From a plasmid: a DNA stretch of 64,000 nt. The notes beneath the pieces are model-generated. The model searched no databases. It had not been told where the DNA came from and saw only the letters and a program-made list of their open reading frames with translations. The position numbers and the translations under genes are program-made. The stretch lies in sequence record NZ_CP118109.1; one strand, written 5' to 3'. How positions within the stretch are numbered: position 1 is the first letter of the stretch; each line of letters starts with the position of its first letter. This document shows positions 28,160 to 37,700 of this stretch, in pieces.

Positions 28160-28470
28160 CGATTCACTTATCCACAGCTCTGCCTATTATTTATATATGG
28201 TGGAGAAAAGATTTTATTAAAGAAAGTACTTCTTTGCGTTAAATTTTTTAACCCCCCTCTTTAAAATTTTTAACGTAATAGCCTTTCGTTAAAATTTTTA
28301 ACGTAATGTTTTTGCCTAAAATCGTTACGTTAAAAATTTTAACATAAGGGTTATCCACAGATCGATCTACTACGTTAAAATTTTTAACGTAATGAGCTTC
28401 AACTCTCAAATTCGTTACGTTAAAAATTTTAACGTAAGAGATAACCACAAAATCTGTGGATAACTTTTCA
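28160..28470. other. oriC-like replication origin: three perfect DnaA boxes plus AT-rich palindromic repeat array
   Basis: TTATCCACA at 28168 and 28351, TGTGGATAA at 28455, degenerate ATAACCACA at 28441; sits next to initiator-like gene. Confidence 0.6.
28245..28436. repeat. five to six copies of 23-bp AT-rich palindrome TTACGTTAAAAATTTTAACGTAA
   Basis: copies near 28261, 28288, 28325, 28371, 28414; each is self-complementary. Confidence 0.8.
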
Positions 28471-28475
28471 ATAAA

Positions 28476-28510
28476 AAAAGCAGAAGGATGTCTCCCTCTG
28501 CTCTCTTTTT
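28476..28510. terminator. bidirectional terminator
   Basis: aaaaaaa-gcagaagg-atgtct-ccctctgc-tctcttttt. Confidence 0.5.
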
Positions 28511-29501
28511 ACAAAAATTTTTCTGCTGTAGTAACACAAATAATTGCATCATTATTGTTGGTCAAATCTCTAAAGATGTTAAGAATTTGCTTCGAATGAT
28601 AATTATCAATCCATTCTGCAGCGAATGGCGCAGGCGCAAGCACCACCAGTTTGTTATCTTCGAAGAACCCAAAAGTCTCTTTAAACCATGTGCCAAATGT
28701 AACGGCGCTTATAGATCGTTTCAAGATATCTTCGATCTCACTCCATAAGTGAATGTCTTGAGGTGTTCGATTCAGGAACAGCTCTTCACGTTTTTTGTTG
28801 ATCCTTACTTCCAACGGAGCGGTGACTTCAATTGATCCAGGTGTTCTAGCTCTCCCCTTCTCATGCAGCTTCTTAATCTCGTCTTCATGATCATTATTCT
28901 CTGGGAGCATAACCTCGTTAGACTCAAAAAGTTTTTCCATAAAGCGATTATGTTGAAGGAGTAGCCACTCAGGCAGCTGCTTCAGCTCTGCCTCACTTAA
29001 GAAAGGAACGGTCTGTCTTACTTTCACTCGAGTGCTATCATTCATTCCCTTTTTCTTTTTACTCTCTGCCCAGAACCGCATAACAAAACCGTAGTCTTCA
29101 AGTTTACTTAGGTATTTAATCAGTGTAACACGACTGATCCCCATCATTTCTGCCATGTGTTCTTGTGACATATGAGGGATTGATTCGTTGAATGAAAGGC
29201 TCAGATAATTTATGTAGGTCATGGTAGCTTCTGGCCCAAGAAAGTATTGCCAAAATTTAATCAGATAATTGTGAACGGTGGTTTTGTTGCCTGGTGTGTA
29301 AGGCAGTGAAAGACCCAAGTTCTCGAGCGAATAACTAGTGACATCTTTTTCAGTGTAATAGATCTTCCTCGTCTCCTCGACCATTTCCTCAATGCTCTCC
29401 CCGTTAACTTTTCTTTTTCGCGGCACCTTATTTCCCGTCTTTTCATAGCGGAAATAATGTATGTCATTCGTGCTGTCGCCCATCTTCAAAGACCTCCTCA
29501 A
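28509..29501 (-). CDS. replication-initiator/organizer-like protein with central HTH
   Basis: MAEMMGISRVTLIKYLSKLEDYGFV helix-turn-helix; adjacent to DnaA-box origin. Confidence 0.5.
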   Translation of the reverse strand: MRRSLKMGDSTNDIHYFRYEKTGNKVPRKRKVNGESIEEMVEETRKIYYTEKDVTSYSLENLGLSLPYTPGNKTTVHNYLIKFWQYFLGPEATMTYINYLSLSFNESIPHMSQEHMAEMMGISRVTLIKYLSKLEDYGFVMRFWAESKKKKGMNDSTRVKVRQTVPFLSEAELKQLPEWLLLQHNRFMEKLFESNEVMLPENNDHEDEIKKLHEKGRARTPGSIEVTAPLEVRINKKREELFLNRTPQDIHLWSEIEDILKRSISAVTFGTWFKETFGFFEDNKLVVLAPAPFAAEWIDNYHSKQILNIFRDLTNNNDAIICVTTAEKFL

Positions 29502-29507
29502 GTAATT

Positions 29508-29536
29508 GACAGGAATAGGAGGCTCCGATATACTAG
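29508..29536 (+). promoter_or_regulatory. promoter TTGACA-17-TATACT
   Basis: direct read. Confidence 0.5.
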
Positions 29537-29733
29537 ACCTAACGTAAAAATCATATTCCTCTATATCTCTCTGATGATTCTCTCAATTTTCAAGGAGCCA
29601 TGACACTAAAGTCTAGGTATAGCAGGAACCTTTAAGCCACCTGACCACGGGTGGCTTTTTCCTTTTATTGATATTAACATACATTCTTAGACTTTGGAAA
29701 CTCCCCCAGTACTTTTATCACCAAGGTATGATT

Positions 29734-29762
29734 TGACAACGACTTGACACTAAAAGTTTGGT
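29734..29762 (+). promoter_or_regulatory. promoter TTGACA-17-TATACT (tandem TTGACA)
   Basis: direct read upstream of 29804. Confidence 0.5.
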
Positions 29763-29803
29763 ATAATATACTAAACCCAACAAATGGATGTTGGGTGGTC
29801 ATT

Positions 29804-30352
29804 ATGAAATATGTCAAAGGCTTAGACGAAAAATACTACGGAGAGATGATCGTAGAGATCGACCAAAAGTTCCAGGCGCTCCATGCAAAATTGAATCTGT
29901 ATTGCCCTGGGCTGCATTTAATGCCCACGCCGGTTACTGTAGAGGGTGTTCAATATCCTTATCCTCTTGCAGCACAAATACGAGAGATCTATCTCTATAT
30001 GATCGGTCAAAGAGAAATGCCGCAAGACATAGTAAGCATGCTAGAAAGTATCTGCTCTCTAATTTGGGAGAACAACTTTCTGAATGAAACATTCTTTACT
30101 ATCGACTGGCTAAAGTGGGAAAAAACCTTGATCGGAAGGTTTGTAAGATGCACCTACATAAGAATTACACTAGATGCTGGCGAACCGATCACAGCAAAAC
30201 AATTGGCGCTTATGACTGGCCTTACACCGGCTGGTATAGTAAAAGCCATAAATACCAAGAGGCTTCATGGGCGGAAGATCAAGAGCGAATGGTCTATTCC
30301 AGCGGAAGATGCCACCACTTTTATTTGGAAGCACGTCAATACATCAAGATAG
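29804..30352 (+). CDS. HTH DNA-binding protein
   Basis: RBS gggtgg; ITAKQLALMTGLTPAGIVKAINTKRL; track start 29744 is over-extended. Confidence 0.5.
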   Translation: MKYVKGLDEKYYGEMIVEIDQKFQALHAKLNLYCPGLHLMPTPVTVEGVQYPYPLAAQIREIYLYMIGQREMPQDIVSMLESICSLIWENNFLNETFFTIDWLKWEKTLIGRFVRCTYIRITLDAGEPITAKQLALMTGLTPAGIVKAINTKRLHGRKIKSEWSIPAEDATTFIWKHVNTSR

Positions 30353-30365
30353 GGGATTGAGCTGC

Positions 30366-30518
30366 ATGTACATTGTAACCTGGGTTGAAAATGATCAAGT
30401 CCAAGATAGAGGATTCAAAACTCCTTCAGAGCGAGATACTTTTATTAGCAATCTTAAAGAAGAAGGCATTGAATCTGATTGGTACTCTGACGAAGAAGCC
30501 AAGGAGGAAAATCGTTAA
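30366..30518 (+). CDS. small acidic protein
   Basis: RBS aggggattgag. Confidence 0.35.
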   Translation: MYIVTWVENDQVQDRGFKTPSERDTFISNLKEEGIESDWYSDEEAKEENR

Positions 30519-30790
30519 TGAATGATATGGTAGTTCAAATGGAGATTGCTGACTTAACCGATCACACAGATTTGCAAAAGCAAATCATCATTGAACGACT
30601 ACAGACTGACACGAATTTGCGAGACGATCAGTACAATGTAATAGGAAGAATAATTCTGCCTTATCTTGATGGTGACAAGTTAAAGGCTACCGTAAAAGTG
30701 CACTCATCTTCTATTATCACTAGGTCAATAGCAGAGGCTTGCAAAAATATATCATCTGAAATACGAAATATGAAATTTAATCTGCACTAA
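30518..30790 (+). CDS. hypothetical protein
   Basis: ATGA overlap; RBS aaggagg. Confidence 0.5.
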   Translation: MNDMVVQMEIADLTDHTDLQKQIIIERLQTDTNLRDDQYNVIGRIILPYLDGDKLKATVKVHSSSIITRSIAEACKNISSEIRNMKFNLH

Positions 30791-30820
30791 AAAAACCTGC
30801 CAACACGGCAGGCTTTTTTA
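30789..30820 (+). terminator. rho-independent terminator
   Basis: cctgcc-aacac-ggcagg then ctttttta. Confidence 0.65.
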
Positions 30821-30897
30821 TAGGGAAAATAAGTCAAAGAGAGAAAAATCAAGGAGCAGGAAAAAAGGTCATTTGTTCCTATAGCTAGTATATAATG

Positions 30898-30916
30898 AAA
30901 TGTAATGCATTACAAT
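30898..30916. promoter_or_regulatory. orphan copy of palindrome AAATGTAATGCATTACAAT flanked by TATAAT boxes on both strands
   Basis: lies between convergent terminators; possible promoter for an sRNA or a 42-codon ORF. Confidence 0.5.
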
Positions 30917-31054
30917 ACATATAATTATTTCAGTGTATGAAAAATTCATAATAGAAAGACATCCAATGTTAAAAGAAGCAATCATGCCACATTCTACCTC
31001 TCGGCGTCAAACCTTTTTTAGCTGCCCCTCTCCCTTTGCCGCCTATCGGCGGAA

Positions 31055-31078
31055 GAAAAAAACCACCATTGCTGGTGG
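31055..31078 (-). terminator. terminator for tmk operon
   Basis: A-run then ccacca-ttgc-tggtgg on + strand. Confidence 0.5.
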
Positions 31079-31085
31079 CTTAGTA

Positions 31086-31703
31086 TTATAGGATGTCCTC
31101 GTCTTTAAGTCTTGCGATGACTTCCTTCTTAATTTCTTCATGAACATCCTCGATCGGCGCATTTCCATCTATAATTGGATGATCTTTTCTTCTGAAGATT
31201 CGATAGGCAAAGCTAACTTGATGAAGCAAATTAAGATCAGATTCATAACGATCATTAACACCGCCATTATGCTTTCCTTTTCGCTCCATGCTGAGCTCTG
31301 GTGGAATTTCAATAACAATATCCATATCTGGCTTACGTAAAAGCTCCTGAAGCTTTTCGCACCAATCATATGGCATTTCATTCACTATGCCATAAACAAA
31401 TTGACTTAGAGTATAGCGATCTAGGATTAGTACATCTACACCGGCAGCTTCTAGTTCATTGAAGTATTCTTGTTGAGCATGCTTATCGGCTGCCATGATC
31501 AGCTCGATAGTAGCTTGGCTAACAGGGTATTCCTTACGAAGCCATTTTGCGATGAGCTCTCCGGTTGGCGTATCATACCGATGAAACTCACTCTGCTCTA
31601 CCTTGAGACCTTTCTCCCGCAATGCTTCAGTAAGCAGCTTTGCTTGAGTGGCTTTCCCACTCTTATCAAGTCCCTCAAGGGCTATGATGAACATTTTCTT
31701 CAT
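31086..31703 (-). CDS. tmk: thymidylate (dTMP) kinase
   Basis: P-loop IALEGLDKSGKATQ; size and layout of Tmk. Confidence 0.8.
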   Translation of the reverse strand: MKKMFIIALEGLDKSGKATQAKLLTEALREKGLKVEQSEFHRYDTPTGELIAKWLRKEYPVSQATIELIMAADKHAQQEYFNELEAAGVDVLILDRYTLSQFVYGIVNEMPYDWCEKLQELLRKPDMDIVIEIPPELSMERKGKHNGGVNDRYESDLNLLHQVSFAYRIFRRKDHPIIDGNAPIEDVHEEIKKEVIARLKDEDIL

Positions 31704-31709
31704 ATCACT

Positions 31710-31940
31710 CTACCCTTTCATCTCTTCTGTCTTTTCTATAACGAGCTGCAGTATTTCTGCCTGGACAGCGAGTGCAGCATTCATCATTTCCCTAATGTTT
31801 AATTCTTTGTCTTCTGATATCTTACGGATCTCTTCGAACATCAAGTCAGCTGCTTCAGCTGAGTTTTCCTTTTCTTTGTCCGTAAGCATGCTTTGCAGGA
31901 TTCCTAGAAACCCTTTCGATTGGTTAAGAAACTCTTCCAT
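31710..31940 (-). CDS. hypothetical acidic helical protein
   Basis: RBS cggaggaaag. Confidence 0.5.
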   Translation of the reverse strand: MEEFLNQSKGFLGILQSMLTDKEKENSAEAADLMFEEIRKISEDKELNIREMMNAALAVQAEILQLVIEKTEEMKG

Positions 31941-32119
31941 GTTTTTCTTTCCTCCGTTAACTCATCCATGTCTTCATTCAGATCGGCAATATCTACCAAG
32001 ATGCAATATAAGGCAAAACCGAAAGCCCACATCGGATCGATGAAGTGGTAAACGGCAATAAATATGCCAACCATGATTAAAATTCGAATGCGATTGATCA
32101 ACGTTTTGCTAATCTCCAT
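31904..32119 (-). CDS. small membrane protein
   Basis: RBS ggagtt; hydrophobic core. Confidence 0.45.
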   Translation of the reverse strand: MEISKTLINRIRILIMVGIFIAVYHFIDPMWAFGFALYCILVDIADLNEDMDELTEERKTWKSFLTNRKGF

Positions 32120-32173
32120 ACTGATAACTCCTTCTTCAGCGGCTGGGCAGATGACAGCAACCTCTCTCAGAGG

Positions 32174-32449
32174 TTACTTTCTATTTTTCTTTCTTGATGC
32201 TTTAGCATGAGCAGACTGCTTCTTGCTCTTATCTTTTTTCTTCTTCTCAGCTGCACGACGATTCTCAACATCTTCAATGCCATTAAACTTGCGCCATGCT
32301 TTTGCAATTGATCGCCTTTCTTCCCTGGTCTCGGCAACCAACATTTCATCGATTTCCTTTGGATAGCCCCATTCGTTATATTCGTCCTGAGTATTTTCCG
32401 GCTCACCAAAGGCAAAACGTGTAAGCTCCCTTGAATCGCGTGTATCCAT
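32174..32449 (-). CDS. hypothetical protein with basic C-terminal tail
   Basis: RBS gggggaga. Confidence 0.5.
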   Translation of the reverse strand: MDTRDSRELTRFAFGEPENTQDEYNEWGYPKEIDEMLVAETREERRSIAKAWRKFNGIEDVENRRAAEKKKKDKSKKQSAHAKASRKKNRK

Positions 32450-32469
32450 CCCCTGTATCTCCCCCTGTG

Positions 32470-32769
32470 CTAATTTGGCCTATGGAATCGAAGAATCTTC
32501 TCCGTGCTCCAGTCTTCAAACAGATCCACCCCTGCTTCACCAAGGGTCAATGAAAGGTCGATCAATGCATCGAGGTCATCCTCCGATCGGTGATGTTTAA
32601 TCTGGTTCCAAGAGAAGCTATCAGATATTCCATCATCAAATCGGACGAGATATCTCATCTTCTCATTTGAAGCTTCATAGATCGTACCGATCATCCCTTC
32701 AAGTGGATGCAATGGACAAACGACAGCAACAATGTCCCTAGGCTCGTAATGAACAAAGTCCTTCTTCAT
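32470..32769 (-). CDS. hypothetical protein
   Basis: ATG after gaggtga; track start is upstream GTG. Confidence 0.5.
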   Translation of the reverse strand: MKKDFVHYEPRDIVAVVCPLHPLEGMIGTIYEASNEKMRYLVRFDDGISDSFSWNQIKHHRSEDDLDALIDLSLTLGEAGVDLFEDWSTEKILRFHRPN

Positions 32770-32862
32770 CAGGCTCACCTCACAGTGTCCTGCTACTTTC
32801 TTTTTAGGCTGCCTTTCTTCTTCCCTGGAATAAGGATAGCCGTGCCAGTGGTCATAGCCATG

Positions 32863-33858
32863 CTATTCACCAAAAACAAATTTAACTTGTGATATAGATT
32901 GGCTCCACTGAGCAATCATGCCGATCGCAGCTGCAACATCTCTGGAAGGCGCATAAGCCACACCATTTTCAACAATCGTATTATCAAGTACGACTTCGTT
33001 TATTGATGCTTTCTTTGTTTTGTTATCAAATCCAACAGACTTACCGGCAACAATAGATACAGCTTTCACCGGAACATATGAAGTGCCTTTGTTAATAAAT
33101 CCAGGTGTTGAGAGAGGTCGAAGAGACCCATTTTCTTTTTCTACTACAACAGTTGCTGGTGGGTATTTAGATGCCTCTTCTTCTTTCTTAGAAGTAGAGA
33201 TACCACCTACTGCCGTATTCTCAATAAATGTAACACCAAGATATTCGCATATAGCTTGGGCTACTTCTTTACCGGTTTCGCGTCGGTAGTTATCATCAAT
33301 GAGCAACTTTGCTTCTTCGAGGTTATCCATGAAGCCGCATTCGATTAGGACGGAAGCCATATGCTCGTGAGTCTCACGAAGAACTTGATAGCTGTTCGAT
33401 TTAACGCCACGACTGGATTGTTTCGTTCCCATCAACAGATGCTTTTGCATGATATTTGCAAGCTTGATGCTGTCAGATCCAGCGCCTGTTTGATAATAAG
33501 TCTCTACCCCTTTAGCGCTATTCCATTTGCCATTATTAGCATTAGCATGAACGCTTACGAATACATCTGCTTTAGCATTGCGTGCAATCCAAGAACGTGT
33601 AGCCAGCGGAACATCGCCATCACCTGCAGCTGACTCAATAACTTTGATACCACAGCGCTCCAGATGATCCTTTGCATACTTCACAACAGCGCGATTAAAT
33701 TCGTTCTCATGCATGAAGTTGCCCGTTTCGCTCTTCATCCCGCTTCCTGCAGGGAAGATCGGTGTGCGCTTGCCAATTGTCTGCATACCGTGGCCATCAT
33801 CTAGGACAACCACATATTGTTTCAAGGCAGCTGCAATAAATTCGCTTTTGCTCAACAT
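32863..33858 (-). CDS. N-acetylmuramoyl-L-alanine amidase (Amidase_3-type) with C-terminal binding domain
   Basis: VVLDDGHG...ADVFVSVHANA amidase motifs; RBS ggagtgagg. Confidence 0.8.
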   Translation of the reverse strand: MLSKSEFIAAALKQYVVVLDDGHGMQTIGKRTPIFPAGSGMKSETGNFMHENEFNRAVVKYAKDHLERCGIKVIESAAGDGDVPLATRSWIARNAKADVFVSVHANANNGKWNSAKGVETYYQTGAGSDSIKLANIMQKHLLMGTKQSSRGVKSNSYQVLRETHEHMASVLIECGFMDNLEEAKLLIDDNYRRETGKEVAQAICEYLGVTFIENTAVGGISTSKKEEEASKYPPATVVVEKENGSLRPLSTPGFINKGTSYVPVKAVSIVAGKSVGFDNKTKKASINEVVLDNTIVENGVAYAPSRDVAAAIGMIAQWSQSISQVKFVFGE

Positions 33859-33880
33859 TGAGCCTCACTCCTTTTTAGTT

Positions 33881-33900
33881 ATAATGTAATGCATTACATT
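33881..33900. promoter_or_regulatory. palindrome TAATGTAATGCATTACATTT between a TATAAT box and the amidase RBS
   Basis: direct read. Confidence 0.6.
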
Positions 33901-33940
33901 TTTGATTATACTACTTATTTATCATAAATTCGACATGTCA

Positions 33941-34393
33941 TTATACTTTTGTCTCAATATGAACTGCCTCAAGGTCGGTATAAATGGATCCATCAAAGAC
34001 GAGCGTGCCAACAATGATTCCTCTTATGAAATGCTGCTTAGTAAGTATTTCAATGGAGGTTCTATCTTGCCACTCTATAAATTTTCTCATATCTTTTAAA
34101 TTGCTAAATGTAAAAGGTATGCTTGCGATTACTCTTGAAGTTGTGAATGCACTCGAAGGACGCAAGTGCATATCAAACGAGCCAGTCGTATTTGAATATA
34201 TGTGATCATTAAGTTTCTCGATCTTTACAGAAGTAGCATAGCCTTTAATAATTTCATCCGTCATTGGATTATAAATAAGCGCCATGTTTTCTTCATGCCA
34301 ATGCTTTTCACTTTCAGGAACATTCAGCTTCATAGAGAATAGCCATTTATATACATCCAGATCTCTTTTTAGATAAGTGCTCATCAATTCCAT
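33941..34393 (-). CDS. hypothetical protein
   Basis: ORF track. Confidence 0.5.
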   Translation of the reverse strand: MELMSTYLKRDLDVYKWLFSMKLNVPESEKHWHEENMALIYNPMTDEIIKGYATSVKIEKLNDHIYSNTTGSFDMHLRPSSAFTTSRVIASIPFTFSNLKDMRKFIEWQDRTSIEILTKQHFIRGIIVGTLVFDGSIYTDLEAVHIETKV

Positions 34394-34737
34394 TATTCGT
34401 ATTCCTTACAATTGAATGTGAGCAGCCAGCTACCGTCCATTTGCCGGCCAAGCCTATGATAGACAATTTGATATGCCCGCTCTCCCCCGCCTATGAATTT
34501 CATCATCAAAACACGCATGCGATCTTCCCATCCATCCATAGATGGATCGTCTTTAAGTTCTTCCATGACCCACTCTTCAATAATGACTTTGCCCTGTGTT
34601 ACATCTGAATAGTCCGGATGGGGCCTAAACTCCTCTAATCGTGACACCGTCAGAGATACGGTTTGCTTCCTTTTATTTACTATCCAGAGCATAAAGCTCT
34701 CGACAGTTTGATCTAAATAGACTTCCATGAGATTCAC
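34393..34737 (-). CDS. hypothetical protein
   Basis: ATGA-type overlap with downstream gene. Confidence 0.5.
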   Translation of the reverse strand: MNLMEVYLDQTVESFMLWIVNKRKQTVSLTVSRLEEFRPHPDYSDVTQGKVIIEEWVMEELKDDPSMDGWEDRMRVLMMKFIGGGERAYQIVYHRLGRQMDGSWLLTFNCKEYE

Positions 34738-34755
34738 AGATGACTCCTCCTCTTA

Positions 34756-37700
34756 TTAGCTAAATTCCACCTGGAACTGATTCATTATTTCCTCTTCCGA
34801 TTGTTCGGCATGATCCATGTACGTAATTTTATCTACGATGAGATCTGAACCGCTTCGTTTGCCGACGACTTTAATCTTGCGTCCGATAATGAAGTCATCT
34901 GCATTCTTGCTCCATATCTTATTGAAGATGACTAGACTCAATTCATCCTCTGCCGTCTCTATCTTCGCCTTACCTGTTACCTTGCCGCTACTCTTGGCTG
35001 TGAAAGGCTTAGACTCTATAATGTAGCCGGTGAACGTGATATTCTCTCTGCCATCTTCAATGCTATCCCACCGAGAACGAATGCTTACATTTGTGCCGAG
35101 CATTTCACGCTCATAGGCGATAATGTCCTTCTTCGTTGTTTTGGATGGCATATGTTCAAACTCTTCGCCGCGGTATTCGAAATATCTGCGCAATAAGAGA
35201 TTGCGGTTGTCGGATATTGTATCGAAACTTCCGGACTTAATGAGATTGGATGTTTTTGTTTTATTGAGTTTCATTGTTCTATTGGCCAATAAGAAATCAT
35301 CAAATTCTTTGAATGGTCGGCATTCCGTAATGACATCAAGATCTTTGCTGCTGACTCCTGCGATACTTGCAAGGCCATACAAAATCTTACCAAGACCTTC
35401 TTCGCCCTCTTGAGCATTGATTGGTGTCCAGCTGTCGTTAGAGTAGTTGATATCTGGTGGCAGGATGCTGATTCCCATTTCTTCGCATTCTTTCATGTAT
35501 GCAACGTTACGGGGAACACCATCTTTCAGCTTGCCCTCTGAGATTGTCATGAGCGCAGCCATAAACTCTGTTGGATAGTAAGCCTTCAGATAAGCTGTCA
35601 TAACAGAGAGTACTGCGTAGCAAGCGCTATGCGCATAGTTGAAGCAGTAGTCACCGAACTTGATCCAGTCTTCTTTGATTTTAAGAAGTGTTGCCTCGTC
35701 ATATCCAAGGGAAATAGCTCCTGGAATGTTAAGTGGCTCTTTGCCTTTAGCGATTAGCTCAGCATCTTTTTCAGCGCTGCCATAGATCATGTAGTTGATC
35801 CATTCTTCCATTAGTGCGTGATTCTTTTTCGAGATGGCTTTACGCAGGATATCAGATTGACCGGTAGTGAATCCTCCAAGAATCATGGAAGCTTTCATGA
35901 TCTGCTCTTGGTAGACCCAAATACCATAGGTCTTTCCAAGAACCGGCTCTAAGCTATCGAACGGATAAGTAACTCTCTCTTGTCCTTTCTTTCTTCGGAT
36001 ATAAGAGGGAATAAGGTCGAGTGGTCCTGGTCTGCCTAACGCTACGATAACGGAAATATCCTCTACATTTGAAGGCTCCATGTCTTTGATGATTCCGCGG
36101 AATAGATCAGACTCGCACTGGAAGATTCCTGAGAGATTCAGCTTATTATAAATTTCTTCATAAATCTTCGGATCATTAAAGTTAATTGTATTCAGATCAA
36201 GCTCCATAATCCCTGCATTCTGCTTCGTCTTCTTGATCAGGTCGAGGGTAGACAGCTTAAGAATGTCGAATTTAACTAGGAACTTTTCGATCCACTCCAT
36301 ATCGTATTGAGTTGTCGTAAGTCCTTCCTTATCCAGTCGAAGAGGTACGGTGTTCGTAAGCGGCTTAGGTGAAAGAACGATGCCTCCAGCATGCACTCCT
36401 GCACTTCTGACGTGCCCCTCAAGTGCTTTGGCAGCTTGCCACCATTCAGGATATCTATCTGCATACATCCGAGTTTCAGGTGATATCTGATAAGCACCAT
36501 CCACTTCTTTTCCGTTTTTATTAATATACTTGTCTAATGTAATGCCTGGCGTTTCGGGAATAGACTTCGCAAACCGGTCTTGATCCTGCGCACCGTATCC
36601 AAGTGCCTTACCAACTGCACGAATAACCGATCTACCTGCAAGAGTTCCATAGGTGCCAATCTGAGCTACGTTAAGATCACCGTATTTCTGCTTCATGTAT
36701 TCCTGTACAGCTCTAGCGCCTTCATAGGAGAAGTCTACGTCGATATCTGGATAGCCTGCGCGTTCTGGATTCAGGAAGCGCTCAAACATTAGATCCCATT
36801 TAATCGGATCGATCGTTGTAATGCCAATAACGAAAGCAACGAGTGAACCGGCAGCGGATCCCCTTCCAGGTCCTACTTCGAATCCATTTTCCTTCGCCCA
36901 GTTAATATAGTCAGATACAATCAGAAAGTAATCAGCAAATCCAAGTGGATTAATAACACTCAGCTCATATTGAAGCTGTTGACTGTATTGCTCCAGATCA
37001 ATCGGCGTCTTTAATGCGTAGGTGAACAGCCGGTTCCATGCCAGCTTCTCTAGCTGCTCTTCCGCTGTATCATTCTCATCAACAATGTATTTAGGGAACA
37101 AAGGATCTTTGGGCAAGTCTACATCGACCAACTCTGCAATTCTGAGCGTATTTTCAATGGCTTCATCATCGTTAATAATCTCACGAATCTCATCCTCTGA
37201 TTTCATCCAGAACTCATGAGCGTATACCAAGCGATCATTATCATGAATACATTTATTCATACTGGATGCAACTAGAATATCGTGGATGTCACGGTCGTCT
37301 TTATTGGCATAGTGAACATCTGTTGTTACGATTTTCGGCGTGTTTGTTTCCAGAGCCAGCTGGTCAATGATTTCATTAAGCCTGATTTGCTCTGGGATGC
37401 GCGTTGCCTGCTTCTCCAAATAAAATGAGTGAAACGTCTCTTTGCACTCCTGTATGAATGAGCGACACTCTGCCAGATCACCAGCAAGGGCAAAGCGAGC
37501 AAGGTAACTACCAAGACAAGCAGAGGTAGCAATAATGTGCTTGCCAAGACCACGATCACGAATAAAGGCAAGATCGGTACGAGGATTACTATAAAAACCG
37601 CTGATATGAGCATCTGAAATAATTTCATATAAGTCCTCCAATCCTTGTTGGTTAGTGGCCATCAGGACAATATGAAAGTTATCATGCTTGATTAGTTCAT

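Noticed and set aside
28245-28440. Regularly recurring 23-bp repeats that could be taken for a CRISPR array
   Set aside because: The repeats are AT-rich perfect palindromes with irregular short spacers. They are flanked by DnaA boxes and no cas genes lie nearby. Origin or DNA-unwinding-element architecture explains them better.
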